A DNA stretch of 63,962 nucleotides, the filler included, from Diploschistes diacapsis (taxonomy: Eukaryota): assembly GCA_023645945.1 (NCBI GenBank). It is 9 parts of 9 records of this genome, joined end to end, with 100 filler letters (N's around TTAATTAATTAA, not from the genome) between each part and the next. Parts side by side here need not be neighbours in the genome. Positions count along the whole stretch, not along the records: positions 1 to 24,415 come from JALAIB010000240.1; 8 more parts are not named here. One strand, given 5' to 3'. Of this stretch, positions 1-13,584 are shown piece after piece; the first letter of the stretch is position 1, and every line of letters starts with the position of its first letter. A program made the position numbers and the translations under genes. The notes beneath the pieces were generated by a model that was not told where the DNA came from, searched no databases, and saw nothing but the letters and a program-made list of their open reading frames with translations.

Positions 1-1
1 G

Positions 2-145
2 CAGGAGGAGAAGGTAAAGGTGGAGAAGCAAGGAAAAAAAGGGGGGGGGATGGGAGGTTTGGAGCTGGTGCGCTTGAGCTACATAGATGAGAAGAGGGCA
101 GAGGATGGAAAGGATGGAAGAGTGGATTTGGAGCCTCTGGGTTGA
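2..145 (+). CDS. possible 3' end of an unknown gene (partial)
   Basis: Frame 2 is open from the window edge to TGA at 143-145 (QEEKVKVEKQGKKGGGMGGLELVRLSYIDEKRAEDGKDGRVDLEPLG*). It converges on SWI6. No recognisable domain. Confidence 0.3.
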   Translation, partial: QEEKVKVEKQGKKGGGMGGLELVRLSYIDEKRAEDGKDGRVDLEPLG

Positions 146-655
146 CTGAATGGGAGTGAAAAAGGAAGTTTGGACACAGGATTGCGTACGCTGGATCGGG
201 CCTTTGCAGATTTCTCAGGTTGAAGCTGCATTGAACGCGCCACATGGGCCTGCACTTGGTTTGCGCGGGAAAGATAGGGAATTTTGAGATCGCATGTACA
301 TTGGTCGGCAGATGAAGGTATCGAAACTAACAACACCGGCCAAGCTGGCCTGCTCCTCGCGCTGGAGACTCTAAGGACAGCGGGTCCATGTCAGATATCC
401 ACCGCCGTACAAATCCAGCCACGTTGAAATCTTTCAGATACATCGAAACGAACACGATCATGCACAGACAGCCGCCCGCCGGACGGATCCCGCCTCAAGT
501 ACGACGAGAGAACACGTGGCGTAAGACCACCGCGTACCCCCTCGAGCCTCGTACCGGTAGAAAATGGGCTATCCCTCAAAGAACCATCCCTCTTTTCACA
601 TCCCAGAGGTCGCCAACCACGAGGCAGACACGCGCAAAACACACACCCGGAACAT

Positions 656-3449
656 CTACTCCCCCCCCTCGTCTAATCTCCTAAGAAACTCCCTCAGCCG
701 CCCCGTATCCACCTCCTTCCCCTCCTCGCTCTTCACAGCCGCCGCCAACCTCTCCGCGTTCTCATCCACCTTCTCCTCCTCGACGCCCGTGCTCAGCGCC
801 ACGACGCGCCGAAGCTTCTTCTCCAGCACCGAGCTCTTGGTCTTCAGCTCCATCTTCCTCGTCTCCAGCGAGCCGTTGTGCGCCTTGTACGCCCTCACCC
901 GTGCCTCGAGGACGTGCGAGGGCGGCAGCGACTTGAGGTACGCGTCCTGGTCCGGCGTCCGGGCGGAGGCCGATATCGTGCCCGAGGCCGAGCGCGGACG
1001 CATGCTGGCGATTGCGACCGTCAGGCCCGTGTCCGCGTCGCCGACTGCCACGTCCTCGGTTGGGACGGGGCCGGTCGAGGAGAGGCGCGCGCGCTTGTCG
1101 GCGTTCATGCGGCGGAGGTTGGCGATTTGGTTCTTTAATGTGGCGCGCTCGTTGGCTTTGGCTTCCAGGTCCGAGAGGTTGCGGCGCTCGTTGGTGAGTG
1201 CGGTGGTGAGCTCGCGGAGCTTGGATTGGGCTTGGTCGATCAAGGATTGTTTGGCTTGTAGCTCGCTGCGGAAGGAGAGCTCGGTGTCGTTGACGAGGGT
1301 TCTGAGTGCTTGAAAGTAATGTTAGAGGTTGGATGCTTTGTAGTGCGGGGGTAGACTTACATTCTAGCAATTGCTTGCTGCTGTCGCCTACGCGGTTCTC
1401 CGACGTTGTTTTTTGGGAGTTGGAAAGTGAGTTCTGGCTAGAGGTCGGAAGATCTGCCGGGCCTACATCCCCGCCAACGCCAAAATCAAGCGGCTTGAGC
1501 CCCCCGCGATTGGGTATCGAAGGGTTGGCTCCGACTTCGAGAAGCTGTTGTATAATGCTCCTGTTGTTGATGCGAGCTGCTAGGTTCAGTGCAGTATCCC
1601 CTGCAATATCTTGGGCGTTGACAATCTCCGACATGAACCGAGCGAGCCCAATCGGCTTGTGCTTGTTCTGCGACAGATCCCTATTGAAAGACTCCTGTTG
1701 ACTATTGGAGGCGCTGCCTTGCCGAACAACGAACTCGAGAAGAGAGTCCAGGTAGTATCGACAGGCGGAGCTTCTGCCCTTGATGGCCGAGGTCACAGCG
1801 ATGTGATGGAGAACCGTTTGACCGCGATTATCGCGCATCTCAATGGTCGAGCCAAGCAACTCCAATAGCTCCGGGAAGCTGCTTTGGTCGAGATTGTTTG
1901 TAGTTCTTGCTGCCCTCATCAGCGCCGTCTCTCCACCGCCGTTGACGCGGTAGATGCTAGCACCCCTCGCGATCAGTGCTTTCAGGAGAGATGGCTTTGC
2001 AAGCGAAGCTGCCCAGTGAAGCGCAGTATGTGCACCGTTGTCGATTGGAATGTCAAAGTCCTCCTCCGAGAGCGTATCGATGCCAGGAACGTCATCGAGG
2101 TCATCTCTCGTTGGATCGAGGAATAAAGATGCGAGGATGTTTTGCTTCTCCAACGCTGCATTGCTGGCTGGCGTCGGCAGAGGTTGTAATCCTACAACTC
2201 CATTGTCCAAGCCCGGGTGGATAAACCCATTGTACATGAATGACTCGTTTGGCTCGGTCGGAGAGCTCTCTCGCATTGACTTATTGTAGTATCCATTGGC
2301 GTGGGCAAAGGGATCTGCACTCGATGAGGGTCGGGCGCGTTTCCGAGGCGGTTCTTGGTCGAGATTGGACTCCGACCGACGAGTGTTGACAAAGTACGGG
2401 GTGGCATGACTGCCATTGAAGGTCTCCATACCAAGACTGCCGTCTGATTGCATGCTTTGCTGACTGCCTCCGGGATACTGGGCTTCTTGGCTGTTTATTG
2501 CCTGAGAGGACTTTCCCGCGCTAGCAGATCTCTTAGTACCGCTACCAGGTCTTGGGCTGGGAGTGTCAAACCGAGCTTTGTTAATTGCATTGACCGCATT
2601 TGCCGCAATTGGCGAGATGTTCTGAAAGAAAGTCGTGTTTGGGGTTTGCAGCGTCGCACGGCCCTCAACTCCATTGTACATTATTTTCTTCCTTTGGGCT
2701 GCCATTGCCTGTTCCTTCGTAGGCGTTTCGATGCTGCTCCCCTTTCCAGGCTGCGCACCGTCCTGTCCCATATCGTACTCGAGCAGCGGCCGGAGCAGAT
2801 CTTCGACACCATAGGCTCGGCAGAAGTCCCGGCCTCTTTTATAGTTGATCCATGTGCCTTGGTACCTTCCGTAACCTCCTTGGACTTTCTCATGCTCTCC
2901 AGAAAGGATCTCTTTCTCTAGCACCTTGGTTCGCTTCCCTTTGTCGACACCTGCGACCTTTAAGATCTGTGTCGCATTCAACCAAGAGTCTGACCGGCGC
3001 CTCATGACAGCGATTTTGTTGATAACCATTTCATACACCGAGACACCAGAGTACACAGCCTATATGCAAATGTTAGTACCTGGTCTCTCCTACGGAATAA
3101 AACCCCATCCAAGGAAGTGGTCAGGTAACACGGATGCTATACGTACAGTGTATATCGAAGCAGAAGTTGGCTGGCCTTTCGGCGCATACAAGTGCGGCTG
3201 CATTGCCTGCGCATTGGAAGTAGCATAGCTCATGCCATGTTGCAGCCCGTTGGCGGGGGTGAACGTCCCGATACTGAAAGACATGTTGCGTTTGCGATAC
3301 TCTGATGCTGAGGTATTCGGAGGTGACGAGGCACCAGCTCGTGCCGCGTCTAATGAGAGAGTGCCTCGCTCTTGTGAAAGTCCAAAAGTGGAGCCGGTCG
3401 GGGGAAACTTTGGGTTTATTTCAGTAGCTGTCTGGACGATTGCGGCCAT
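656..3449 (-). CDS. SWI6: Swi6/Cdc10-like MBF/SBF cell-cycle transcription factor (APSES/KilA-N + ankyrin + coiled coil)
   Basis: Spliced IYT|AVYSGVSVYEM...WLNATQILKVAG...HEKVQGGYGRYQGTW (APSES); ankyrin motifs HTALHWAA, GETALMRA, GDTALNLAAR. Introns 3146-3060 (GTACGT..TAG) and 1360-1309 (GTAAGT..CTAAC..AAG) join the ORFs in frame. The start is ATG 3449 or 3284. Confidence 0.88.
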
Positions 3450-3993
3450 GGGGTTTGCAAGGTCAAAGGTCGAGGGGTTGAATGGGCCAACTGTATAAAC
3501 AAGCTGAGGGGGAGTGCACAATGTGTTACACAAAAGCCATCAACAGTCTCTCTCATGACGGTACAGATCATATAAGGGATGTCTTGAAATAATATCGAGT
3601 CGCATCGAAATGCTCGGTCAGTGACCTGTGCGTAGTCCTAATCGAGGTTAATCGAGGAAAGGTTGTGGCGCGCGTCTTCGTGTGGATTTCGTGCCGGATG
3701 CACAGAACGTGTCGTGGCCTCACCCGTCCACTGGCTCTCCCGGGTCCTAACCCTAGGTTACTCAGGTATCCCTTAGTCTTGTCCCCAATTTTCGAGTTCG
3801 TTTACTACTTTTGAATCGAATTCAATTCTTTCATCATGCATGGCGGGCATCCTGCGTTGATCTCGCAGCTGCGGGGTGGAAGCACAGCGTTCCGTATATG
3901 ACGGTTGGGAATGCGGTTTAGCGTGATCGGCAACCGAGTCCTTGTTGAGTTGGTCTGCAGCAACTGTCTGCGCAAACAAGTCAAGCTCGAGTA

Positions 3994-4935
3994 ATGAGCG
4001 TTGCCAGACCTCACTACAAGCTAAGCTACGAGGTGAAGCTTACTTTCCTGCGCCATCTGCGCCATCTGCTACGAGAATGTACCTACCTACCTGATCCAGC
4101 CGCACGGAAATACTTTCACAATCACATCCTCGATCGGTTTCGGGATTATCGTCCGCGGGCCGACAGAGACAGCATTCTTATCCCCAAGCAGAAATGGATC
4201 CTCGACGAGCGACACCAGGTGCACTGCTTACAAGAGTGTCGCAAGAAGATATCGTTCCTTCACCGGGCCAGTATGGGAGATGTGACAGCTCTGACAAGGG
4301 CTCTTTGCAACACGTACGGACGCTCTGGAAGACGGCGGCACGAGCTTCTCAGACCATATGCGCGTCCCGATGTGCCCAAAGATTCTCAAGAAGTCGGACA
4401 GGTCGGCGATGACACCAAGTCAAGCTTGCTAGACATCCCTGATGCAGTGAAGATCCTAGGAGAGGCGCAGACGAAGCAGCAGGATATGAGGCCGACACGG
4501 CAAATCGGCCAGTTCAAGAAGTTCACCAAGCCTGTATTGCCAGAAAGGAATAGCTGGGGCCGCAAGATGCCGTTGAAGCGCATAGTAAACGCCAAAAGGC
4601 GGAGATACAATGAATTGTTGGATAGAATTCTACCGCCAGTTACGCACGATGAGTGGGATCGCTTGCGGCGTCTTGCTACAGGCGAGATACCCTTTGCTGG
4701 GCCACCAGCCCGGCGGGCTCGTTTGGCCGGTCTACCGGAGCTTCCAATCATTGAGGACCGTCACATTCTTACAGCAAGGTTCATGCGCAGGCTTTGGGGG
4801 ATCATCTTCCTGCAGACTCCTACCATGGCTTGGGATTCAGTGGAGGGAAAGTGGAAGATAGAATGGGGCAAACTTGATGATATACGTCCCAAAAGCTTGG
4901 AAGTAAGGGAGAGGGATTCGTATCTCTTTGAGTGA
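3994..4935 (+). CDS. LYR-motif-like (Cup1/LYRM-like) putative mitochondrial protein
   Basis: 313-aa intronless ORF with N-terminal HLRHLLRECTYLPDPAARKYF...ILDRFR and later YGRSGRRRHEL and NSWGRKMPLKR, typical of this fungal family. Confidence 0.7.
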   Translation: MSVARPHYKLSYEVKLTFLRHLRHLLRECTYLPDPAARKYFHNHILDRFRDYRPRADRDSILIPKQKWILDERHQVHCLQECRKKISFLHRASMGDVTALTRALCNTYGRSGRRRHELLRPYARPDVPKDSQEVGQVGDDTKSSLLDIPDAVKILGEAQTKQQDMRPTRQIGQFKKFTKPVLPERNSWGRKMPLKRIVNAKRRRYNELLDRILPPVTHDEWDRLRRLATGEIPFAGPPARRARLAGLPELPIIEDRHILTARFMRRLWGIIFLQTPTMAWDSVEGKWKIEWGKLDDIRPKSLEVRERDSYLFE

Positions 4936-6712
4936 TCGGGGACTCTCAAAACAGCAAATATGATCCCATTCATGCCCCTCAGCCAGCCCCGCCTACCTAC
5001 CGCGACGTCGGTACTCAGACTCCTAATCAGAAGAACATAGAACAGAGCTCATGCGGGGCAGGCTGCCTCTTACTCGGGAAGGGATAGTGGGGAAAAGGAG
5101 GCTGAGAGGCTTGAAGCGCTTCGATGGGCAGCCAGAGGAGAAGCAGAAGGGGGCAGCTGGACGTGTATACAACGTGGGATGCCTCTGGCAGTCGAGGGAC
5201 TCAAAGCTGTTTCATACCCGAGTCAACATGATGCTATGGAGTAAATAGTTTTATAAACATGTCGAGGTCAAAACGCGGAAAGGCTGTTATCCGAGCACCG
5301 TGGGAAAAGGATCTCTCGGCCTAGTGTGTATTCCATTCCGTGTTGTAGCGGCTGAAATCCGATAGAGTAATCTCCTGGCCTTTTCGGAGACATGTGCTCA
5401 GTATAACGCATATAGGCTGTCAAGCACTGTCCAGAGACTTGTAGAGAGGTATCTTAGTAGTAGTACTTAGTACTTTGTAGGTACCTCCGTAGATACTCGT
5501 ACTAAATTGCTCTGTCCTGCCCCTGCCCCTGCCCCTGCCGTTGCCGTTGCCGTTTCAAGTTCTGGATGAAACGGGTTTCAGGTTAAGGATGCCAAGTACG
5601 CGACTACGCGTACAGATTTCTCTAGGTCTTACTTATTCCACAGCAGAAACTCGATCATGCAGAATAATTCCATCTTGATTGATGGTTGATGAAAACAGCA
5701 GCCGAAAAGGAGACGTGCTGCACCGATGTCTCTGGCTACTCACGCTTGCAAAGGCAAATCTTGTACCTTTTGCAGCAAGTTAATCTGGATGTGGCATCTA
5801 GCAGCACGGACCGGCAAGTCGCAGAATTGGATGCGCAGCAAAGGCTCTTAGATGGACGAAAGGTGGGATTCATATGTCAACTGCTGTGTAGCTCGTCTGT
5901 TCTGTTGCACAGTTCTTCAAGTTGTTTTGTAGTAGCTATAGTCTGTTGTCTTGTCTTCAAGTGTACTAACTACTAAATAATAATAAATAAGCTCCAGACT
6001 AAAGCAGGCCAGGCAAAAAAGTGCACGGTTTCAGCTGACAAACAGTGCCAAGGGCCCCCCCCCTTCCCCCTGGGGCCTGTCAACTTTGACTTCCTTCACC
6101 TCTCACTGGATGGAACTCTGGAGTTCAAGTTAATTAAATGAACCCATCAGCCATTTCCAATCTCCAGTTTTGCTAAGGTTCACGCCCCCTGGAGCGGCGA
6201 TCATCTCATCATATTTCATATTGCCCTTGACGCTGCTGTTGTTGCGTCTCCGCGAGGCTGCGCTATACAACAACGACAACAAGCTCTGTCGTCTCTATCC
6301 CCTTACCGCTGGACCTCGATGGCGCTTGACTGTGTCTGCTTGGCCGCCGAACTGGAACATCTCATCACGAGCTGCAAAAGGTACTGTAGATCCTCTCCGC
6401 GTTTGATTGCCCACTGCGAGTGGGAAGATTTAGGAGGCGTATTGATCTTTCAGCAGATTTCATACCAATAGCGGATTGTAGAATCTCCGTGCCATCCATT
6501 ACCAACCGCCTCATCCCCTCTCCCTCGAACGTTCAGTCACTGGTTGACTTGATCTGTCTAACAAAACATCAAATATCGCGTACATCACTCCCGCATGATC
6601 AGCCACCTATGCGCCCGCTCAAGCTGTGTTTGGCGGTGAAGTAATTGGGTAGAATCGGGAATCGCAATAAAAGAGCAACAAATCTGCGTTGATAACAATA
6701 AAAAGCAAAACC

Positions 6713-9700
6713 ATGCCGGAGGTGAATATAGGCTATCCAGACTCGCCAATGGAACCGGAAGATGATGCCTACCCGTGTAAAGGGTGTGGAGAGGTGAGTG
6801 GAAGCTGGCCGGCGTTTTGTTTGCATAACGCTGAATGGATTGCACAGGTTCTGGAGGAAGGCAAGGCTTTTGAACTTGGTATGTTGGATATGAGCAGGGT
6901 TTTCTGTCATGGTTGAAGATTGACTATAACGTAGCCGGACACCGTTGGCACATGGACTGCTTCCGGTGCAATACTTGCCGCACGCTCTTAGATTCCGATG
7001 CTAACCTCCTTCTTCTGGGCGACGGTTCCCTGATTTGCAACAACTGCACATATAGCTGCAGCGCTTGTGAGCAAAAAATAGAAGATCTTGCCATATTGAC
7101 GGGCGACCAAGCCTATTGCGCTGGATGCTTCAAATGTCGAAACTGCAAGCAGCAGATCGAGAATCTCAGATATGCGCGGACTTCTCAGGGCATGTTCTGT
7201 ATGGAATGTCATGATGCGTTAATGGCTAGGCGGAGGAAGAAGTCGTCCAAAAGCACGCGAAGGCCAAGTCATAATCCCTCCTCCCACCTGGACAAGTCAC
7301 TCCCATCACTACCGCCAAGCGCACTTCCGCAGGCCGCTTTCTCTCCAGACCGAGAGACTCCTCAGTCCGGAACGTTCTCAAACTCAGACACCCCGACGGA
7401 ACTTCCGGGCTCTGTACCGCCATCAAGACTCAACAGCTCCAGAAGTAACCATAGGGATCCATCGCCTGCCACTTCTGAGCGGGGATATCGAGGTCAGCTT
7501 CTCGGCGTTTTTCCCTGACTCCTTGCTGACTGGTCTAGACAATTTGACTCTCCCTTCAGCCTCATATCGACACAACCGCGAACCTCGTAGTACAGCAGCA
7601 TTTGATGTTATATCGGATGATTACATTCCAATGGCGCTGGATCCGATCGTGTTGCAAGGTCCATCGCCATTGTTGGAGCAAAGAAACCAATTGTCGAATG
7701 GTAAGAGCTCGAGCTCAGCACGAGAACATGAACACTCCAGCACGGATTACTTTAACATTAAAGAGAAGAGCTCTAAGCGAAAGGTTCCAAAAGAGTCAAA
7801 AGCCGAAGAACCTTCAATAGACCATGAAAAGGTGGAACCACACCCAACAAGCCCGCATATTGCATATCAAGAGAAGGGATTCGAGCAGGCCCATGACAGT
7901 TTCAGTGCAGTACGCAGAAGGAAAATATCTGACACTGGCCTACCGCCTCGCAATGCTCGCCGTGAACAGTCTCCACAGGTAAATCGAACCCAAAGTGAGC
8001 AAGAGAGCTTCAAGTTACAGGACGCTCCAAAGCGAAGGAAATCTAGCACACGAGTTGAGTCCAAGGATGATGAGGTACCCCCAGCCTTGGATACGTCGAT
8101 TCTGGACCAAAAGGCGACTTCCGCACCAGCTTCAGCGCACGCTCCTCTGATGGAACAACATGTCAACATTGCTGGTGCCGACTCTGCGCGAAATTCTCAG
8201 CTAGAAACGCCCACGCAACTTTCGCCCCGCGCGTCGCACGAGTCTCGTTCGGGCGAGAATGCACCCGTATCTGGTTTCGAGATTCAGACTTTGCCCAAAA
8301 GAGGAGATTCATTGCTCAAATCCGCTCCGCCTACGGCAACAATTCCACGCAAAGATCTGCCTGGTTCCAAATTGGGGTATATGGCTGCGTACGATCAATC
8401 GCCAGAACATCCATCTTCTACAAAGAGCGGGGAGTTCTCATCCGCCAATATGAATGGAGGCCGAGTGATCGGCAGGCCCATGGAATCTCCTGTTGCGAAA
8501 AGCGCGTTTGACTATCCAACCGCTAACAAAGAGCACAAGGAAGACTCCGGCACTGCTTCCGGAAATTCTTTCGTATCCCCACGCGCTCCTCCCCCACGTC
8601 CGACAACCGAGACGCCGAAACACAAGGTCAAAAATGCTTCGATTAGCAGTGTGCGATCCGAGTCAATGAGAAATGGCGACCACCCTGCTTCGCCTAGCTT
8701 GTCGCGCTTCCCTGGCAATAATGACTATGCGACTGACGACTTCAGCCGAGGCGCCGGCGAAGAGCAAGATGGCTTCTTCAACAGCTTCAAGCGCGTCTCG
8801 AAGTCTGTACGTCACGCAAGAAGCCAGAGCGATCGTGGCAGCAGGAACTCGAGGGAAACAAAATGGGCAAAGACTCCGCTCGGCGGAGCAAGCGGGAACC
8901 TCGACCGAGAGTTGAGCAGTCCCACAATGTCGTCGCCCGAGTCCAAGGGTGAGCTCGTGCAGCTGAAGCAGGAGCTCTCGCAGGCCCGCTATGAGCACAA
9001 GCTCGAACGTCAAAAGGTCATGGAGTTGCATGGAAGGATCACGGAGCTTGAAAGCACTATGGATAAGAAAGTCACGATCAACGAGGTCAACTCGGAGCTA
9101 CGGGAGAAAAGATCGACAATGGTCGTCCTAGATGCGCAGAAAGAGATAGTGATAAACGAGCTAGAAGTCATAACGGAGCACTTGCAAAATGCAAAGAGGA
9201 GCGGGAAACCGTTGGATTTGCCAGACATGCAGAACAAAGTCTTGAAGGACTTCGCAACGGCCCTGGAACGACTCAGAGACTCGTATACCCCGCAAGTCGA
9301 AGAAAGGATACACAGGAAGAACGAACTCGACGACGAACTGGCACAGCTCAACCAGAAAAAGGAGAAGGTTTTCCGAGAATTTGAGCAGCTGTCTTTGAAG
9401 AATGCACAGCTTGCGGACCTTAACAACACCCTTGTTCATCAGATTCAGGATCTTCACGTCAAGCTGTCAGACCGTACACCAACACAGCACCATGGACTGG
9501 GCATCTACACACATTCGAAGGAAAGGTCCAATGCCTCCATAGACAGTCGTGACGTCACCCCATCCGTTGCAGAGAGCCAGTTCACTGGAACCACTCTCAA
9601 CGAGAACGCTCCGGAGTCCGCTACCATCGTCAACGCACCTCAGGTCGTCAATATGCAAAGAGGGCAAGCCACGAAGCGGCTTAACTTCCTGGGCGGAAAA

Positions 9701-10698
9701 CGCGCAATGGCCAAGGGCATAAAGGCGGCTTTCTCTTCGACCAACGACAACAAGCAGGCTCAACGCGAAGGATCGGTCACCGGCCTTACCGAGGGCATGC
9801 CGTACGGAGCGATGTCGCAAAGCGGTGATCTTCCAGTGACGTGCTTACCCCCGAGAAACCAGGACCCAGATCTTTCTCGACAATTTGGATTCTTTGGTCA
9901 ACCAAAGGTCAAAGGCAGTTATGCTGTCAAAGCACCTTCCCGCTCAGAAACTCCTTCCAAGGCGTCAGTGGACCCATCAGGTAAGCCATCTCCGACCCTA
10001 CTGAACATTCTTTTCTAATAGTATCCAGTCCTCTTCGGCTCAGAGCTCGAACAGCGCGCCAGCTATGAAGGGCGCATAATCCCATATATCGTTACTCGCT
10101 GCATCGACGAAGTCGAGTCCAGAGGTAAGCGGCGTCCCAGATTACTACCCCCAACAAGATCTCCGAGCTAAGCATTACTCCAGGCATGTCAACCGAGGGT
10201 ATCTACCGCAAATCTGGCAGCAAGTCTCAAACCGACGCCGTCAAAGATGCGTTCCAGAACGGGGACGAAACAATATACACCGACCCGGATTTCGACATCA
10301 ACGCCGTCGCCTCTGCATTAAAGCAGTATTTCCGCACGCTGCCTACTCCTCTTCTTGCATACACCATTTATGACAGGCTTCTCGAAGCTATAGTCCTCCC
10401 GCCTGAGGAGCGCATGCTAGCCCTTCATGCCGCTCTTCGCGAGCTACCCCCATGTCACAGAGACACGCTTGAATATCTGATGCTCCATCTAGCGAGAGTA
10501 GTAAAGCTGCAAGATCACAACAAGATGACTGCTCAGAACTGCGGCGTGGTGTTTGCGCCGACAATCATGACAAGCGATGACCCGCAGAAAGATCTGGCGA
10601 ACACGAAGCAGAAGAATATCCTTATCGCGTTTATGATTGAGAATTGCGAGGAGGTTTTCGCGCAAGAGAAGGGGAGACAGAACGGCATGATCAGGTAG
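6713..10698 (+). CDS. RGA1: LIM-domain Rho GTPase-activating protein (Rga1/Rga2 type)
   Basis: Two LIM domains (CKGCGE..GHRWHMDCFRCNTC..C; CSAC..YCAGCFKCRNC..CMECH), a coiled coil, and a C-terminal RhoGAP (GMSTEGIYRKSG, LKQYFRTLPTPL, NKMTAQNCGVVFAPT). GT-AG introns at 6794-6847, 6879-6934, 7493-7538, 9981-10028 and 10125-10183 keep the frame. Confidence 0.9.
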
Positions 10699-11483
10699 AG
10701 GGACGAGGTGAGTTTGGTACAGGGACTTAAAAGAGCATGGCTTCGTCGCCGCGTCGAACTGTAAAGAATAGGTAGGTACAGGAGCAGTATAAGTACATAT
10801 CACGAGAGGGGGATGAGCTCCGCATCGCAGCTTCTGCCCTTTTCGAGAGCCAGGGGGGGGCCAATGTCTTTGGCCGATTTTTTTGCTGGCAACGGTGTGA
10901 TGGATTGAGGTTAGGAATTAGCTTTCGTCGAGAACATGAGCAACGAAGGGACCTGTCAAAGCGCTTAGCCGCTGGCCTCTTCCAGCAAACCAATAGCATG
11001 CATACGCAGTGCATCCCAAATTAGGGCACATGTTTTATTGAAAATCATTCTGACTAGCAAAGTTTGTCGGCAAACGGGCAAATAGACCTGAAGCTAGCGG
11101 CTCCGCTTGCGACCATGTTAAGGCTGTCTAATCTAATGCTGCTGTGAAAATATGAGGCTTGCATGACTAGCAATGATTCCAACCCCTTTTCAGACAAGGT
11201 TCTAAGGAAGCGTCGTGCCGCCGCGACTATATTCCCTATTAAAGTACGTATCCATCCCGATGTGTTCCGATCCTTGCCTCTCGAGAGGCAGTCCAGGGTA
11301 ACTTCATTGAATGAATCCCTTTTGTGGAAGTGCTCATCGCAGAAGCGTCGTCTTTTTCGACCGAGGTAACAAGAGTATCTATCGCATAAGGGAAGAGGGG
11401 GGGGGGGGGTTTCAGAGGGCTTTATGTCCGTGCTGAATTTTTTATAAACAACTTCCCACATTCTCTTTTGGCAATACGTTGCC

Positions 11484-12234
11484 ATGAATGCAAAACGCAA
11501 AAGACTAGACCAGGACCACTCAAGTGGACCCAGCGGTAAGTAAGTACTCCAAGCAGTTAAGCGTATCAACTCACCGACCGCTAGTGAAACGGCGTTCCCT
11601 TACTGCAAATCTCGAGCCATCTTCCCCGTTTCAAGCAGGCGTGCGCCCAGAAGAGATTGACGAGGAGGGTTCCAAGGAGACGGATAAGATAGCTCTAATA
11701 CTGTCTCCAGCAGAGACAGACAGTGATCCAGTCGCATATTGGGCTTTGCATCGCAGCTGGCCAGCGAACTTCAGCACAACGGGCCGCAAGATGAGTTCTG
11801 GAACATCTACCAAACGCAAAAGCGAATCAACCTGGCGCTCGACCACGCATCGGACGGCTAAACTGGCCCGAATGCAAAACCAGGGTATAATCACAGGTGG
11901 TTCAAATTTCCTGCAGCCCGTGAGCGCGGAGCTCTGCAACAAGCTCTTGAAAGGAAATTTGGAACCTGTCAGTTGGCCCGGCTTTCCCGGTGATCGGGTG
12001 CAAGATGTGCTCAGGCGGGCTGCTATATCGAATGAGGCGAGGATTCAAAGAGATGTCTTACCGTTGGTCGTCCCCTCGGTAGAAAATCTCTACTTCTGGG
12101 GGGATCTGCGGTTGGAACATTTTCAAGAGGCAATGGATTCCGTGTCCCCCACACTGCCAGGCAGTAACGTCCTCGTTTTTCCGGTTGCTTCAGGCCCATT
12201 CTCCGCCCGACTTTCTTGTCGGCCCTGCTTGTAA
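11484..12234 (+). pseudogene. 3'-truncated fungal hypothetical gene (DUF7924-like family N-terminal half)
   Basis: ATG 11484, intron 11536-11584, then DPVAYWALHRSWP...NEARIQRDVLPLVVPSVENL, recalled as the lead-in of this family. Family-like sequence stops abruptly at about 12140. Confidence 0.45.
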
Positions 12235-12913
12235 CGTTGTCCCACCCCGTGACGCACCATTTGACTGGCGCTGATGCAGAGGCTCGATGGATTGCAGTCT
12301 ACAGACCTGTATCCGGGCCCGGGTGAACTCCCAAAGGGAGGGACGATTTCCTGGGCGCCATCTGGATCAAGCCCGTCCCGGTTGTTTGGTTTTCTGGGAA
12401 TTCTTCTTCTTCCTGTGCTGGGCGCCGATGAGGTTAGTGTAGAAAGGCGTCTCCGCTGCTTTACGCTAAGCTTGGGTTGAATTGGGAAGGTGATTTTGTT
12501 CGGCCAGCCATGCTGTACGAGATATGGTGCTAAAAACTCCCATACCCTTCCAAATCAGGCAAGCGGAGCCACTTCTTACCTCCTATTTTTTGATAACAAA
12601 ATAATATATAATATATTATATAACCCGAATATGTACCTCACCACATGCCCCTTCCCGTGAGCCGCAGCTAAAGGGACCCGTTCGAGCTCCACAGTTAGAC
12701 TTGCTTCGAGCCATGAGGACTAATCTCGTTGCCTTCAGCTGCGCCTTCCTTCCTCTTTTCAGCTTTTACGTCAACCAGCCTGGCTCCTTGCAAGCACCAG
12801 AAACAATTTTTACCAGCAGCTTCGACTCTATGCTTGATCCATGGCGCGCGCAGGCATTGTCGTAAGAAAGCTTTGCTTCAAGTCTTCGAGAAGAGGGTCG
12901 ACAAGCAAACCTT

Positions 12914-13400
12914 GGCAGATATATTCTCTGATATTCGGGACAATTCCATTTCACCAATATCTGGGGGCGTCTAGATTTTGCTGGTTTGAACAAATGATTG
13001 ATTTCGTGGAGGAATTGCCCGACGGAATGGCAGCAACGATGGGACCATATACAGCAGGAATTTGGGCTTGCCCAGGGGACCTGTGACAAGTATTTTGCCC
13101 CCTCAATGCGTACTAAGTCTTCATATCCCAGATAAATCACCCAGCCGTGAAATCAACAAATTCGCTTTTCGCTTTCCTTTACCTTTCAAGAATTTATTTC
13201 TGACATCGTTGTATTAACTTAGGGAGGAGCCAATCCTCGCCCTCAAAATTGAAAGGAAAATTTGACGAAAGAGTCCAAGAAGAGAGTTTGAAGCCTCGGC
13301 TTCCAGTTTTACAAGGTTTGATGAGGTTCAGACCATCGGACAGAATCTCAACATCACACGCGCTTGATCTTATTAGGTCGAAAACCGGCGGGACAGAGAT
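12914..13400 (+). pseudogene. protein kinase C-lobe fragment
   Basis: QIYSLIFGTIPF..EQMIDFVEELP and LPVLQGLMRFRPSDRISTSHALDLI (subdomains IX-XI) lie in separate ORFs. No N-lobe or catalytic loop seen. Confidence 0.55.
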
Positions 13401-13584
13401 GATCGAAGGAACAAATGACAAAATAGACGTTCAGAACCCTGATCGATGGGAAAGCGGCCGGCAAAGCCCCAGTAGATCTCTTGATTCCCTCAAAGCTGAA
13501 AGAACGGAAGAGATATTGCCATGACCCTTATAGCCGTAAGCAAAGAACTAGGATACAAGCGCGGACTTCTGCCCAATCATCTGC

